A DNA stretch of 64,000 nucleotides from Armatimonadota bacterium (lineage in GTDB: Bacteria; Armatimonadota; HRBIN16). Below the pieces are notes generated by a model. It did no database searches and had not been told where the DNA came from. It saw only the letters and a program-made list of their open reading frames with translations. The stretch is from the NCBI GenBank assembly GCA_963677485.1, contig OY781964.1, positions 3,136,001 to 3,200,000 on the forward strand, written 5' to 3'. A program made the position numbers and the translations under genes. This document shows positions 9,361 through 20,076 of this stretch, in pieces; the stretch's first letter is position 1, and every line of letters starts with the position of its first letter.

Positions 9361-11430
9361 ATGGGAAATACTCTGGTCAGGGGCTTTGGCTGGGCATTAG
9401 TGGTGATGGTGCCGATGGTTGTTGGGAGCTGCGCTCACGCAGTGTCCGGTGGTGAGGCTCTTCGCGCCTCAATCACAATCGACGCCCGCACGGTCGTCGG
9501 GAAGGTAAACCCCGGTGTGCTGGGCGGCAACATGATAGGTTATCAGAAGGGTGCCTTCGGCGGAACAGGGTCGGAATACACCGACCGATCGTGCGGCGTC
9601 TGGGACCCGGAACAGCACCGCGGTGTGCCCGAGATGGTGGCACTTGCCAGGAACATCGGGATGAGCTTCGCACGCTATCCGGGCGGATGTGGTGTGCATC
9701 TCTTCGACTGGAAGAAGACAGTGGGCCCACTCACTGCGCGCCCCGACCAGAAGTTTGGGCTGCCCGAGTTCATGCAACTGTGTGGTGAGATTGGAGCGGT
9801 CCCACTGATCACCGTTGCCGATTATCATGGCACAGCTCAAGATGCAGCTGATCTGGTTGAGTATCTGAATGGACCGAACGATGGCAAGCACCCCTGGGCT
9901 GCCCTGCGTGCTTCGGATGGGCACCCCGCACCGTGGAAAGCGGTCTGGTTTGAGTACGGCAACGAGTCGGAGCATGGTGACCACGGTAGCCAGCGGATGT
10001 CGGCTCAGCAGTATGCTCACAACTACCTTAACTACCGCCACGCCATGCGGGCTGTCGACCCTCATATCAAACTGGGTGCCGTCGTCGCGACGTGTTTTCC
10101 TAACCTCAGCGATTGGGCCCTGCCTGTATTGAAAATCGCTGGTGCGGGGATGGATTTTGCCATCCACCACTCCTACAAGTTTAACTATAGCGGCGAGAAT
10201 GGAAAGCCAGATGCCCGGACGATCTTTGCCATGGCGCTTGCCGGAGCGGATCAGATACAGGGTTACTACGATGAGATGAACGCCCTCATACGGAAGGTGA
10301 CGGGACGAAAAGATATCCCGATCGCGGTGACCGAATACAACGGTGCTTTCGTGCAAGAGAAGCCTGTGCCTTACCGGCATACTCTTGGCAACGCTCTTTT
10401 AAACGCAGACCAGATTCGCGTGTTCATGCAGCCGAAGAACAACATTGTCATGGCCAACTTCTGGGAGTTTGCTAACGAGTACTGGGGCACTGTGAAGGGG
10501 TTCACCTACCTCCACGAGCCCCTGGTGAAGCGTCCGCAATACTACCCCCTTGATCTTTACCACAACCACTTCGGACGCGAGCTGTTGGGCGCTAAAGTGG
10601 ATTGCGGCACATATAACGTCTCCTCGGGATACGGCATCGCTTCCGCGCAGGACAAGGGCTCAAAGCACGAGGTGATCCTGGGCACGGTGAATATGCCTCG
10701 GAAGTGGAGCCTATTTGACCCGCCAACCGGCGTGTCACACCACCTGGATGGGAACAGGGTTGTGGTGGACTTCGATACGCAGAAGGACATCGACTACTAT
10801 AGTGCCATGAAGATCGCGCCTGCGAAGCCTGGTCTTGGGTATCGACTGACCGGGATGGTGAAGACGGACGGGCTTACGTCAACAAGTGGGGCCTCCTGCC
10901 AAATCGGCGATGGAAGGGGATGGGATGCTACCAGATCGGCTGTACTCACCCCAAATATCACCGGAACCCACGGTTGGACAAGCCTCTCTACGGACTACGT
11001 CGCGCTTGACGATACGAAGAGTATCATGGTCACGGCGCGTCGGCAGATGCAGGGTGGAGCGATTAAGGGCCGGGCGATCTATGGCGACACGAAGGTCACC
11101 GAGTTCATCCCCAAACATTACCCCGCAGTCCCGATACTCTCTGTCAATGCCAGCCGCACTCTGAACGGGGGTAAGGGGAAGCTCTATGTCATGCTGATTA
11201 ATAAGGAGCAGCAGCATCCGCTCAGTGTGAGGGTATCGACACCCGGTTTCGCACCCGCCAGCGCGAATGCCTGGATTCTCTCCGGCCCGGCGGTCGACGC
11301 CACGAACGAGCAGAACCCGCAAAATGTAAAGGTCATCCGCAAGAATCTGGGGGCTGTCAAGGGGCCGTTCACGGTCAGTATTCCTGCGCATTCGCTGACC
11401 GCTCTGGAGATTGAAGGCAAGATGAGGTAG
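9361..11430 (+). CDS. Secreted GH51-like alpha-L-arabinofuranosidase family protein with inserted CBM
   Basis: RYPGG, FEYGNE, IAVTEYN, C-terminal PAHSLTALE; signal peptide. Confidence 0.75.
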   Translation: MGNTLVRGFGWALVVMVPMVVGSCAHAVSGGEALRASITIDARTVVGKVNPGVLGGNMIGYQKGAFGGTGSEYTDRSCGVWDPEQHRGVPEMVALARNIGMSFARYPGGCGVHLFDWKKTVGPLTARPDQKFGLPEFMQLCGEIGAVPLITVADYHGTAQDAADLVEYLNGPNDGKHPWAALRASDGHPAPWKAVWFEYGNESEHGDHGSQRMSAQQYAHNYLNYRHAMRAVDPHIKLGAVVATCFPNLSDWALPVLKIAGAGMDFAIHHSYKFNYSGENGKPDARTIFAMALAGADQIQGYYDEMNALIRKVTGRKDIPIAVTEYNGAFVQEKPVPYRHTLGNALLNADQIRVFMQPKNNIVMANFWEFANEYWGTVKGFTYLHEPLVKRPQYYPLDLYHNHFGRELLGAKVDCGTYNVSSGYGIASAQDKGSKHEVILGTVNMPRKWSLFDPPTGVSHHLDGNRVVVDFDTQKDIDYYSAMKIAPAKPGLGYRLTGMVKTDGLTSTSGASCQIGDGRGWDATRSAVLTPNITGTHGWTSLSTDYVALDDTKSIMVTARRQMQGGAIKGRAIYGDTKVTEFIPKHYPAVPILSVNASRTLNGGKGKLYVMLINKEQQHPLSVRVSTPGFAPASANAWILSGPAVDATNEQNPQNVKVIRKNLGAVKGPFTVSIPAHSLTALEIEGKMR

Positions 11431-11511
11431 CACCTCCACGCTTCTTACGATTTCGTTGTGTCTAGCGTTAGCGCCCGGAGTATGAAAGCATGCGGTCTGT
11501 GGCAGGCCTTT

Positions 11512-11676
11512 CTAGTCCTTCTTGATCGCCTTTGGTTTGCAGACTTGCTCTTCCTTCATGGCTCTTGCTCCGCACTTTCGGCATTCCACCGCCTCGTCGC
11601 CTTTTTTAAGCGCGATTTTCACCTTGGCTTCGCGGGTCTTCCGCTTATCCGTATCTTGACAGCATTTTGTAGACAT
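11512..11676 (-). CDS. Small Cys/Lys-rich protein, 54 aa (below the ORF-track cutoff)
   Basis: GGAGG RBS then MSTKCCQDTDKRKTREAKVKIALKKGDEAVECRKCGARAMKEEQVCKPKAIKKD*. Confidence 0.7.
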   Translation of the reverse strand: MSTKCCQDTDKRKTREAKVKIALKKGDEAVECRKCGARAMKEEQVCKPKAIKKD

Positions 11677-11787
11677 TGGGGATACCTCCACAGTATGTAT
11701 CCTGAGTTTACCTTATATCCAGCCATCTCTTAATATTCATGGGGTTACAATGATAAATAGCGAGACGCTATCTTGAAGGAGAGTTTC

Positions 11788-13101
11788 ATGAAATTCAGAA
11801 CCCTGGCCCTGGCCATTGGTTTGATGGCCGCAGGCACACTGTGTCATGCACAGAAAAATGTGATCGTGATGATCATGGATGGCGGCGGTTTCAATCAGTA
11901 TGCCGCCGGAAACATCTACCTCACCGGTAACACCGAAGGTATCTACAAGAATTTCCCTGTCAAACTGGCCATGAGCACCTATCCATACACCACCAGCGAC
12001 AGTCAAGAAGGCCGACGGAACGGCAGTTATGACCCCAGTAAGGCCTGGAACAGCTTCGCATACCTCAAAACCCGCCCTACCGACAGTGCCGCCGCCGCCA
12101 CCGCCATGGCTTGTGGCATCAAAACATATAACGCTGCCATCGGGATGGACAGGTTTGGCAAGCCCGTTCAGAATGTGATTGAAGCGGAGATGGCTATGGG
12201 CAAGTCGGGTGGAGTGGTGACCTCGGTACCGTTGTCTCACGCCACACCAGCGGGATTTTCGGCCCACAACGCCAAGCGCGGAAACTACGCCGAAATCGCC
12301 AATGAGCAGATATTCAAAAGCAAGCTGAATGTCATCATGGGCTGCGGCCATCCGTTATATGATGACAGCGGCGCCAAACTTGAAAAGCCCACCAACTACG
12401 ACTATGTAGGCGGCGAAGAGAGCTGGAAAAAGATCGTCAAGGGTGATATTCCGCTGAAGTTCATCGAGACACGCCAGCAGTTCCAGGAGCTTGCGGCGGG
12501 TAAAATCAAGGCCGACCGTGTGCTGGGTATCCCTCAGGCAGCCTCCACGCTTTCGAGCGGCCGCGCTGGCAAGAGTGTGGTGCCTTTTGACGTACCGATC
12601 GCCTCATCGCTGCCGACCCTGCAGGAAATGACCCAAGGCGCACTGAACGTACTGCGGCAGAACAAGAACGGCTTTGCTTTGATGGTGGAGGGCGGAGCGG
12701 TTGACTGGGCATGCCACAGCAATGACGCCCCTCGCGCGGTGGAAGAAGCTGTGATGTTTGATCAGACCGTGGAGTCCGTCATGAAATGGATAGAGAAAAA
12801 CGGCGGATGGAAGGACAACCTGTTGATTGTCACCGCTGACCACGAAACCGGCTACCTGTGGGGGACCGGCAGCGGTAAAGAGGGTGACGACCGGCCCGTG
12901 TTCAAGCCGATCGTGAATAACGGCAAGGGCAAGCTGCCCGGAATGGCCTTCAACTACACCAGCCACACCAACAGCCTGGTGCCGATATTCGCAAAAGGGG
13001 CAGGTGCTGAGCGATTTAATGCTTATGCTCGCCTGATAGACCCCGTCCGCGGACGGTATATCGACAATACCCAGATTATCAAGGCGATACTGGACAGATA
13101 G
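11788..13101 (+). CDS. phoA: Alkaline phosphatase
   Basis: MIMDGGG, TDSAAAATA (catalytic Ser), HATPA, VEGGAVDWACH, TADHET; signal peptide; AAGGAG RBS. Confidence 0.9.
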   Translation: MKFRTLALAIGLMAAGTLCHAQKNVIVMIMDGGGFNQYAAGNIYLTGNTEGIYKNFPVKLAMSTYPYTTSDSQEGRRNGSYDPSKAWNSFAYLKTRPTDSAAAATAMACGIKTYNAAIGMDRFGKPVQNVIEAEMAMGKSGGVVTSVPLSHATPAGFSAHNAKRGNYAEIANEQIFKSKLNVIMGCGHPLYDDSGAKLEKPTNYDYVGGEESWKKIVKGDIPLKFIETRQQFQELAAGKIKADRVLGIPQAASTLSSGRAGKSVVPFDVPIASSLPTLQEMTQGALNVLRQNKNGFALMVEGGAVDWACHSNDAPRAVEEAVMFDQTVESVMKWIEKNGGWKDNLLIVTADHETGYLWGTGSGKEGDDRPVFKPIVNNGKGKLPGMAFNYTSHTNSLVPIFAKGAGAERFNAYARLIDPVRGRYIDNTQIIKAILDR

Positions 13102-13118
13102 CCTCCAGTCTTCATATA

Positions 13119-13151
13119 ATCGGACGGATGGGCTTGATCCGTCCGATTTTT
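13119..13151 (+). terminator. Rho-independent terminator
   Basis: ATCGGACGGAT...ATCCGTCCGAT stem followed by a T-run after phoA. Confidence 0.7.
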
Positions 13152-13273
13152 GTCAGCCATCTGTAACAGTCTAGATTCGCAGTTTTGTAGTATTCCATGT
13201 TACATACCGTACAATCTGGACATCACCCCTCAGATTTGTTAGAACAAAGAGTAACCAATCAACTTACAAGCAT

Positions 13274-15220
13274 ATGTCACTTCCAACACCAACACCACAT
13301 AGAACCCCAACGATCCGCGCACGCGCGGTGGTCATCGGGCTATTTCTGATCCCGCTGATCGTGTGGCTGAACATCAACGTGGAGGAGATACGGTATGCCG
13401 GCCAGCCCAGCACGGTGGCTCCCATGCCGATGGTGCTGACTCTGCTGTTGCTGCTGATGCTGGTGAATGTGGCCGTCGGCCGCTTTGCACCGAAGCAGCG
13501 GTTATCACCTGCGGAGCTGCTGACCAGCTACTTCATGGTGTTCGTGGCTTCGGCACTGACCAGTCACGACCAGATCAACGTGATGGTGCCCGTACTCACT
13601 TACGGCACCAAATACGCCAACCCCGCCAACGCCTGGGCGACCAATTTGTTGCCTTACATCCCACATTGGATGATGGTCACCGACCCACGCGCCCTTCAGG
13701 CCTACTATGTGGGCGGTGCGTCATTTTGGAACCCTGAGCATCTGAAGATATGGGCCGGCCCGTTATTGCTCTGGAGCAGTTTCTACACGGTGCTGGCGTT
13801 CGGCCTCTATTGCCTGTCGATCTTGTTCCGTAAGCAATGGACGGAGCGCGAGCGGCTGAGCTACCCGCTGGTGCAGTTCACGCTGGAGCTGGTTCAGCCC
13901 AAACAGCCGCTGTTTCAGAACAAGCTGTTTTGGATTGCATTTGTGCTGGCCGCCACCCACGACACCTGGTTTGGCCTGGCGACACTGTTTCCCACCATCC
14001 CGATTCCCTATACGCGCAACCTACCGCTGGAGCAATATATCACCTCACCGCCATGGAATGCCATGGGCGGTGTGCCCCTGAACTTCTACCCCTGGCTGAT
14101 CGGCATCGGGCTGCTGATGCCCACCGACGTGATTTTCTCGATGTGGTTCTTCTTTTGGGTGTGGAAGCTGGAGCCGGTGATCGCAGCACAGTATGGCTGG
14201 AGCCAGATCCCGGGCTTCCCTTATGTGCAGCAGCAGGCGATGGGCGCCATCTTTGCGGTCGCGTTGTTCACCCTCTATTCCGCACGCAAAGGTCTGTGGC
14301 AGGCCTTCTCCTCCATCTGGAAGGGTGGACGCGGTATGGACGATGATGAGCCAATATCTTACCGCTGGGCCTCTCTGGGGTTCATCGGCAGCATGCTGCT
14401 GGTGTTTGGATTGTTCAAATACGCGGGTATGAGCAGCGGCGCGATCATCGTGCTGATGGCATTATATGTGTTGATCTGCGTGGCGTTTAGCCGGATGCGT
14501 GCCGAGTTGGGTCTGCCCGAAACGGAGCAGGGACTGGCGCAGCCGCATCGGCTGGTGCCGCAGCTTTTCGGCTCCAACCTCATGACCAAAGCAGACTACG
14601 GCATACTGCCTTTCTTCCACGGGTTCAACCGCTCCTTCCGCGACAACCCGATGCCGATCTGCACGGAGAGCTTCCGCGCGGCGCAAAAGAGCAATGGCTC
14701 CGTGCGCACGGTGTTCTGGGCTATGGTAGCCGCCACAGCCCTGGCGTGCGTGCTGGGCTTCTTCATGAATGTGGGCTTGCACTACCACTGGGGCGCGGCA
14801 TCCAAAGTCGATAGCCCTTATGTCAGCATGATCTTTGGTAACGAGGGTTTCAGCATACCTGCAGGGTTCCTCAGCAACTCGGTCAGCAGTATGCCTCCGG
14901 GCAATGTGTGGAAGGCGATTGGGGTGGGTTTTGGCATCAGCCTGCTGCTCTCCATCACGCGGTTGAACTTCATCAGCTTCCCGCTGCACCCTATGGCCTT
15001 TGCGGTGAGCGCCAACCACGGCGGCGCCATGATCTGGTTCACATTCCTGGTGACCTGGATTATTAAGGCGGCGATTATGAAGACTGGCGGATTGAAGCTA
15101 TTTCATAAGCTTCTGCCCTTCTTCCTGGGCATCACGCTGGGCGAGTGTGCCATGGGCACCGTGTGGTACCTTATCTCCGCCGTCACCGGCACCAAGACCT
15201 TTGTGTTGTGGCCATATTAG
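13274..15220 (+). CDS. Polytopic membrane protein, DUF6785/DUF6784 putative peptide-transporter family
   Basis: Many TM segments; RKQW.ERERLSYPL, RMRAELG, FPLHP, PFFLG..LGE motifs. Confidence 0.75.
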   Translation: MSLPTPTPHRTPTIRARAVVIGLFLIPLIVWLNINVEEIRYAGQPSTVAPMPMVLTLLLLLMLVNVAVGRFAPKQRLSPAELLTSYFMVFVASALTSHDQINVMVPVLTYGTKYANPANAWATNLLPYIPHWMMVTDPRALQAYYVGGASFWNPEHLKIWAGPLLLWSSFYTVLAFGLYCLSILFRKQWTERERLSYPLVQFTLELVQPKQPLFQNKLFWIAFVLAATHDTWFGLATLFPTIPIPYTRNLPLEQYITSPPWNAMGGVPLNFYPWLIGIGLLMPTDVIFSMWFFFWVWKLEPVIAAQYGWSQIPGFPYVQQQAMGAIFAVALFTLYSARKGLWQAFSSIWKGGRGMDDDEPISYRWASLGFIGSMLLVFGLFKYAGMSSGAIIVLMALYVLICVAFSRMRAELGLPETEQGLAQPHRLVPQLFGSNLMTKADYGILPFFHGFNRSFRDNPMPICTESFRAAQKSNGSVRTVFWAMVAATALACVLGFFMNVGLHYHWGAASKVDSPYVSMIFGNEGFSIPAGFLSNSVSSMPPGNVWKAIGVGFGISLLLSITRLNFISFPLHPMAFAVSANHGGAMIWFTFLVTWIIKAAIMKTGGLKLFHKLLPFFLGITLGECAMGTVWYLISAVTGTKTFVLWPY

Positions 15221-15301
15221 CGGAGGAGGCAGGAGAGCAGGAGAAGAGGAGAGCAGGAGGGGAGCGGGCCCGATTCATGGAAGCCTACATTGAACTGATC
15301 C

Positions 15302-15391
15302 GGTCGTAAGGGCGTCCCTCGTGGGCGCCCGAAACGGTGCTCTTTCGATGTTTGTGTTTTTAGGGCGCCCACAAGGGACGCCCCTACGACC
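15302..15391. repeat. REPIN-like doublet (inverted GTAGGGGCG-type REP pair)
   Basis: GTAAGGGCGTCCCTCGTGGGCGCCC ... GGGCGCCCACAAGGGACGCCCCTAC; homologous inverted copy at 38713-38799. Confidence 0.8.
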
Positions 15392-15444
15392 AGCGGATTC
15401 CTGCACAGTTGGTTTACTATCGATGTTCCACACAGAGAGGACAT

Positions 15445-17972
15445 ATGACATTGGTTGATATAGATACAACTCTAAGCACTGCGTTACTGAAGAATCCAGA
15501 CATCTCTTCACCGTTCGTTCCTGTAATTCCTTCACCAGGGATCGGCAAGATCAGCGGTGTAATAGCGCACGGATGGCAGGACAACTCCGCCTGGGCGAAT
15601 GTGCGGGTGCGCTATTCCGAGGAGCGGACTACCGTCCATTCCCACAAAAGCTGCCAGCGGATTGATGTGCTGCAGGTTCTTGATGATGGCAGGGTTCATT
15701 TTTTTCAGCCATTGAACGGCATGTCGGCCGGCCAAGGCTATAAGCTGAGCATATGGCTGCTCGAAAGCGTGGATGTGCCGATCGAAGTCGCCGTTCGGCA
15801 ACTTGGCGCACCCTACCAGGACATCGACTGTGCCACAATCACACCCGGTGACCATTGGAAAAGGGTCAGTTTCAACTGGTATGCCACAGGGGATGCTCCG
15901 CTCGGATTGTATATCCGCGTGACCCAGCCTGTCACGCTCTGGGTGGCGGACGCCTCGGTGAAGGTAGCCGATCCAGCAGCGGCCCCGGAAGGCAATCTGC
16001 TGCAGAACGGCTCATTCGAGACAGGACTCGCAGGAGGCTGGTCAGTTTGGAACTCATCCGGTCGTTTCATCGAGCAGCCTACGACACTGGACAGAACCAC
16101 CGCGTTCGCAGGCAAGTCATCCCTCAAGATCCGCATTCTACCCACACTGGAACGCATGACCGAGGTAGAGTTGAGCTCACCGCCGGTCGATATCCGGCAG
16201 CCTGGCAGCTACACGGCGAGTGTCGCGCTGAAGGTCATGAATGAACCCATCACCATCTCGGTTTCGCTGAAGAACTCCAAAGTCTCGCAGTCTTTCGTCA
16301 TCGGTAACAAGTGGCAGCGGGTGTCTGTCACCGGCCTGTTATCACCAGGCTCCACAGCGCTGATCGTGAGGGCCATTATATCACCGGATAAAGCTGATGC
16401 GATCTGGGTGGACGCTGCCGAACTCCACTTTCGCTCCACGCCGACACCGCGGTATGAGCCAGCCCATCCTGTGGAGCTTAACCTGACCAGCTCACAGCCC
16501 GGCCACGTCTATCTCGACAAGGCCGCTGTTGTGCTGCATTTCGCCACCGCCGGAGCGGTCCCACCGGGTCTAGACTGCACCTGACCGTCACCGACCTGTA
16601 TGGCAATTGCCGAACCCTGCCGTCAGTCTCATTGTCCAAATCGACTGTCACTGTGCCATCCAACGGAGCCCATCGCTACGGAATGTTCAAGGCCACAGCG
16701 GTCGTGCGCGACGCCAATGGCCGGGCTTTGTCGGCAGGTGTGGATTGCACTTTTGCATGTTTGCCACAACCGCGCGATGTGAATCCAGCCAAGTCATTTT
16801 TCGGCGTACACATGCCATTGTTGCCAGCATACTACCCGATTGCACGGGCGATAGGCGCGCGGTGGGTGCGTCTGCATGATGCCAGCTTACTGACGAAGTG
16901 GGCGGTGGTTCAGCCACAACAGGCTCCAATTCTATATTTCGATGAGCCCGTCGCCTCATGCCGCAAAGCCGGTCTGGAGATACTCGGCATGCTTGATGGA
17001 GCACCGGCCTGGACCACCGCCAAACCGAACCCGTCCGGCGGGTATATGGCCTATTTCTACAACAACCCGGATGGGCCCGATGGCATGAAACAGTGGCAAG
17101 AGTATGTAGTCTCCATGGTGAATCACTACAAGGGGAAGATCGACTGCTGGGAAGTTTGGAATGAGCCATGGAACCTGGCCGACCGCTTCTTCCCTGGAAC
17201 TGCCACAGACTATGGGGCTCTGCTGAAGAGTGCCTACATCACTGCTAAAAAGACCAATCCCAAAGCGACCATTGTGGGGATCGACACCTACCGTCCCATA
17301 GCTTCTATCGACCCTGAGTTCACGAAACAGGCACTGCAAGCTTCAGGCAGCGCATATTACGATGTGTTTTCCTACCATGACTACACGTCGGATACTGTGG
17401 CTGATGCCGCACACAACGTGCAATTGGCGGAAGCGCAGGATTTTCGCAGCCTGCAAAAGCAGTATGGTGGCGGTCCGGTGAAATCGATGTGGACCACTGA
17501 AGGCGGTGTGGGTCACAGGGTAATGTCGATGTATCAGCCAGATCAGGATGGTGCGACGCTGCTGGCCGATCAGGCCCGGATGGTGCGGTTCCTGGTCGGT
17601 TTGATGGCCGCCGGAAGTCAGCGGTTCTTCCTCTATACATTCTTTTTACATCCGAGCGGGGTTGGTGACACAGACACGCTTGCGCTGGAGCACGACCGGG
17701 CCATACGGCCGCAACTCGCAGCGTGGGCAATCCTCGCCTCACTGGTGGATGGCGCGGGCACACCAAAGATAGATAATAGTATGCAGGGTGTGTCCATCTT
17801 TCATTTCCCCGCTTCAGAAGGGAAGCAGGTGACCGTATTCTGGAGCCACGATGGAAAAATGCACCGCATCCCATGCCCCAAGAAGGCTGCATTGCTGGAC
17901 ATCCAGGGCAATCCAATGGCAGATTCGGCATCTTTCAATGTAGGCCCCATCCCTGTCTACGCGGTTCGCTGA
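15445..17972 (+). pseudogene. CBM4/9-containing clan-A glycoside hydrolase (GH39/GH5-like), split by a 1-nt frameshift near 16568
   Basis: ORF 15445-16584 (NLLQNGSFE CBM) continues in another frame SRLHLTVTDLYG... into ORF 16632-17972 (WEVWNEP, WTTEGG). Confidence 0.7.
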
Positions 17973-18131
17973 GCGTTAGCGTAGCTTAGCTACTGCGATG
18001 TGGCTACCAGCCTCGCCGCGATGGGTTCCATCGCCCAGGACGATTCGCGAATCATCCTACGTGCGTCTACGCTCCTGCAGGTATTGGGGACGAACCATGG
18101 GTGCGACAGACTATCGGAAGGAGTAGACATC

Positions 18132-18890
18132 ATGAATGATAAGTACGTATCAGCACGGTCGGAACCTGCATATTATGATGCCAGGGCGGCGATGTTGCTC
18201 GGAATATGCACGATGATATTCTTGGTGTTTTACAGATTTTTCTATCCTTTCGTCCCACTATTCGCTCTAGCAGGGCTAATCGTCAGCATTAAGGCCATAT
18301 CTGTTGGGCGGCAGAGACCTTCACCCCTCAGCATGAAAATGGCAGTGATCGGGCTTGTCTGCTCGGTCGTGGCGACGATAGTTGTCGGGTTGTTTGTGTT
18401 TTTCAATTTCTACCCCGAGGTTCGCGGTGTGCACAAGCGGGAAGCCTGCCTGGCCAACTGCAAGCAGATTGGGCTGGCGATGAGCCTATATGCAGATGAT
18501 TACGATGACAAGCTCCCTCCCGCACATCACTGGCAAGCGGCCTTGCGTGATGATCTGAAAGCAACCAAACACACCAAAAGTAATGTGATGCCTTACCGTT
18601 GCGCCAGTTCCATAGACATGCAGTTTTCCTACGGTATGAACAACGCAATGAATAGTCTATCTCGGCAAAGCGTCAACAGCCCGACCACCACGGCCTTTGC
18701 CTTCGATTGCTCCCTGCATATGCAGAGTGCGTCCGGTGGGCGTGAAGCGGTGGAATTTCGACACAAGCAACTTGGGTGTGCCAATATGGCAAACTTCGTG
18801 TTTGTCGATGGTCATGCAGTGACGGTGAGTGCCACCAAAACAGATGAACCGAATGTGATAGCAATCGATCAGGTCCGATGGAGCCCGTAG
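18132..18890 (+). CDS. Membrane-anchored H-X9-DG/DUF1559-like protein (paralog 1)
   Basis: N-terminal TM helices, CLANCKQIGLAMSLYADDYD, SYGMN, RH...ANFVFVDGH, RWSP end; GAAGGAG RBS. Confidence 0.8.
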   Translation: MNDKYVSARSEPAYYDARAAMLLGICTMIFLVFYRFFYPFVPLFALAGLIVSIKAISVGRQRPSPLSMKMAVIGLVCSVVATIVVGLFVFFNFYPEVRGVHKREACLANCKQIGLAMSLYADDYDDKLPPAHHWQAALRDDLKATKHTKSNVMPYRCASSIDMQFSYGMNNAMNSLSRQSVNSPTTTAFAFDCSLHMQSASGGREAVEFRHKQLGCANMANFVFVDGHAVTVSATKTDEPNVIAIDQVRWSP

Positions 18891-18924
18891 CTGACGCGAT
18901 CTGCGCTGCAATTTGTGTCAGTGT

Positions 18925-19190
18925 CGGCGTCGCTTCGCTCCTGCGGGCGTGGGCGGAGGGCTCCCAGCGCCCGCTTGCGGGCTGCGACTCACTAGACGCG
19001 CGGTGAGGGAACCCTATTTATGGGGTGACTAAACCCGCGGCAGCGTTGGCCGATGGCTGCGATCTGGGCCACGGACCCTGTGTCGACGGGTTCCATCGCC
19101 CCAGGGGGCTCCATCACCCGTCGCTGATCAGATGGCTGCCCGCGTCGCTTCGCTCCTGCGGGCGCTGGCGGAGGGCACCCTGCGCCAGCT
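18925..19190. repeat. Mosaic hairpin repeat locus R1
   Basis: Modules GTCGCTTCGCTCCTGCGGGCG, CCCGCTTGCGGGCTGC, TAGACGCGCGGTGAGGGAACCC..GGGGTGACTAAACCCGCGGCAG and GTCGACGGGTTCCATCGCCCC..GGGGCTCCATCACCCGTCG recur elsewhere in the window. Confidence 0.85.
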
Positions 19191-19344
19191 AGCCTGTTGC
19201 GGAGGAATAGATTGGCGGTGAGGGGCTTCGTGCACCACGTCATCATATCCGTGTCGACAGGTAGGTAGCAATTCGCCTCAAAGGATGCCAGAAAATGGTG
19301 TACAATGCTATCAACAAACGCCAAACCCTGGAGGGGCACATTGC

Positions 19345-20052
19345 ATGTCAACACAGTATGACCCGTCATCCGTTCAGTCGGAGTCCGCGTTCAAGATATC
19401 GAAAGCGGCTCAAATCCTCGGTATCTGCTCCTTGATCCTGCCTATCGGGATCATTGCCCTGATCGTCAGTATCATCGCGATGACACAGGCCGACCGTGAG
19501 AACTCACCTGGCAGCAAGGGTATGGCCATCACCGGGCTGGTCACCTCCATCATCGGTTGCGTTATAAGCCCCGTATTATTTCTTGGTGCCATCATGTTTC
19601 TGCGCTTCAGCCAGGCACCTATGAAGGCCCAGCAGGCTGCTTGCCTGTCGAATATCAAGCAGATCGGTCTTGCGATGAGGCTGTATACCGATGACTACGA
19701 CGATAAGATGCCGATGACCGGTAACTGGCGAACCTCCCTTGGACAATACGTTAAAAGCGATGGTGTATTTGCCTGTATCAGTGCGAAAGCCCGCGATTAC
19801 TCATATGCCATGAACTCCGCTTTGAACGGCAGCAAGATCAGCACGTTGCGTGACCCGTCGAACACTGTGAATGTCTTCTAGTGTGACATTCCCAAAATTA
19901 ACGCCTCTGGTGGAATGGAATCGGTCTCATACCGTCACAACCAGGGGGAAAACCCTCTCGCCAACATGATTTTTGCCGATGGTCACGCTGCGGGTGAATA
20001 TGAACATGCCGTGGGGTCCAAAGACGAAAATATGCTGCGCTGGAAGCCGTAA
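19345..20052 (+). pseudogene. DUF4190-like TM + H-X9-DG protein (paralog 2) with an in-frame TAG at 19879-19881
   Basis: Reading past TAG gives CDIPKINASGGMESVSYRH...NMIFADGH...LRWKP*, matching the paralog C-termini. Confidence 0.8.
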
Positions 20053-20076
20053 ACGGTCTAGCAAGGCAGGGCAAGC

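Noticed and set aside
18992-19369. Short ORFs sharing PAPAGAKRRGQP / MEPLGAMEPVD peptides (also 47383, 51283, 59540)
   Set aside because: These are translations of the palindromic DNA repeat modules, with no consistent start, stop or RBS.
19879-19881. Pyrrolysine or genome-wide amber recoding
   Set aside because: TAG ends many intact genes here (e.g. lysA, phoA) and no pyl genes are visible.
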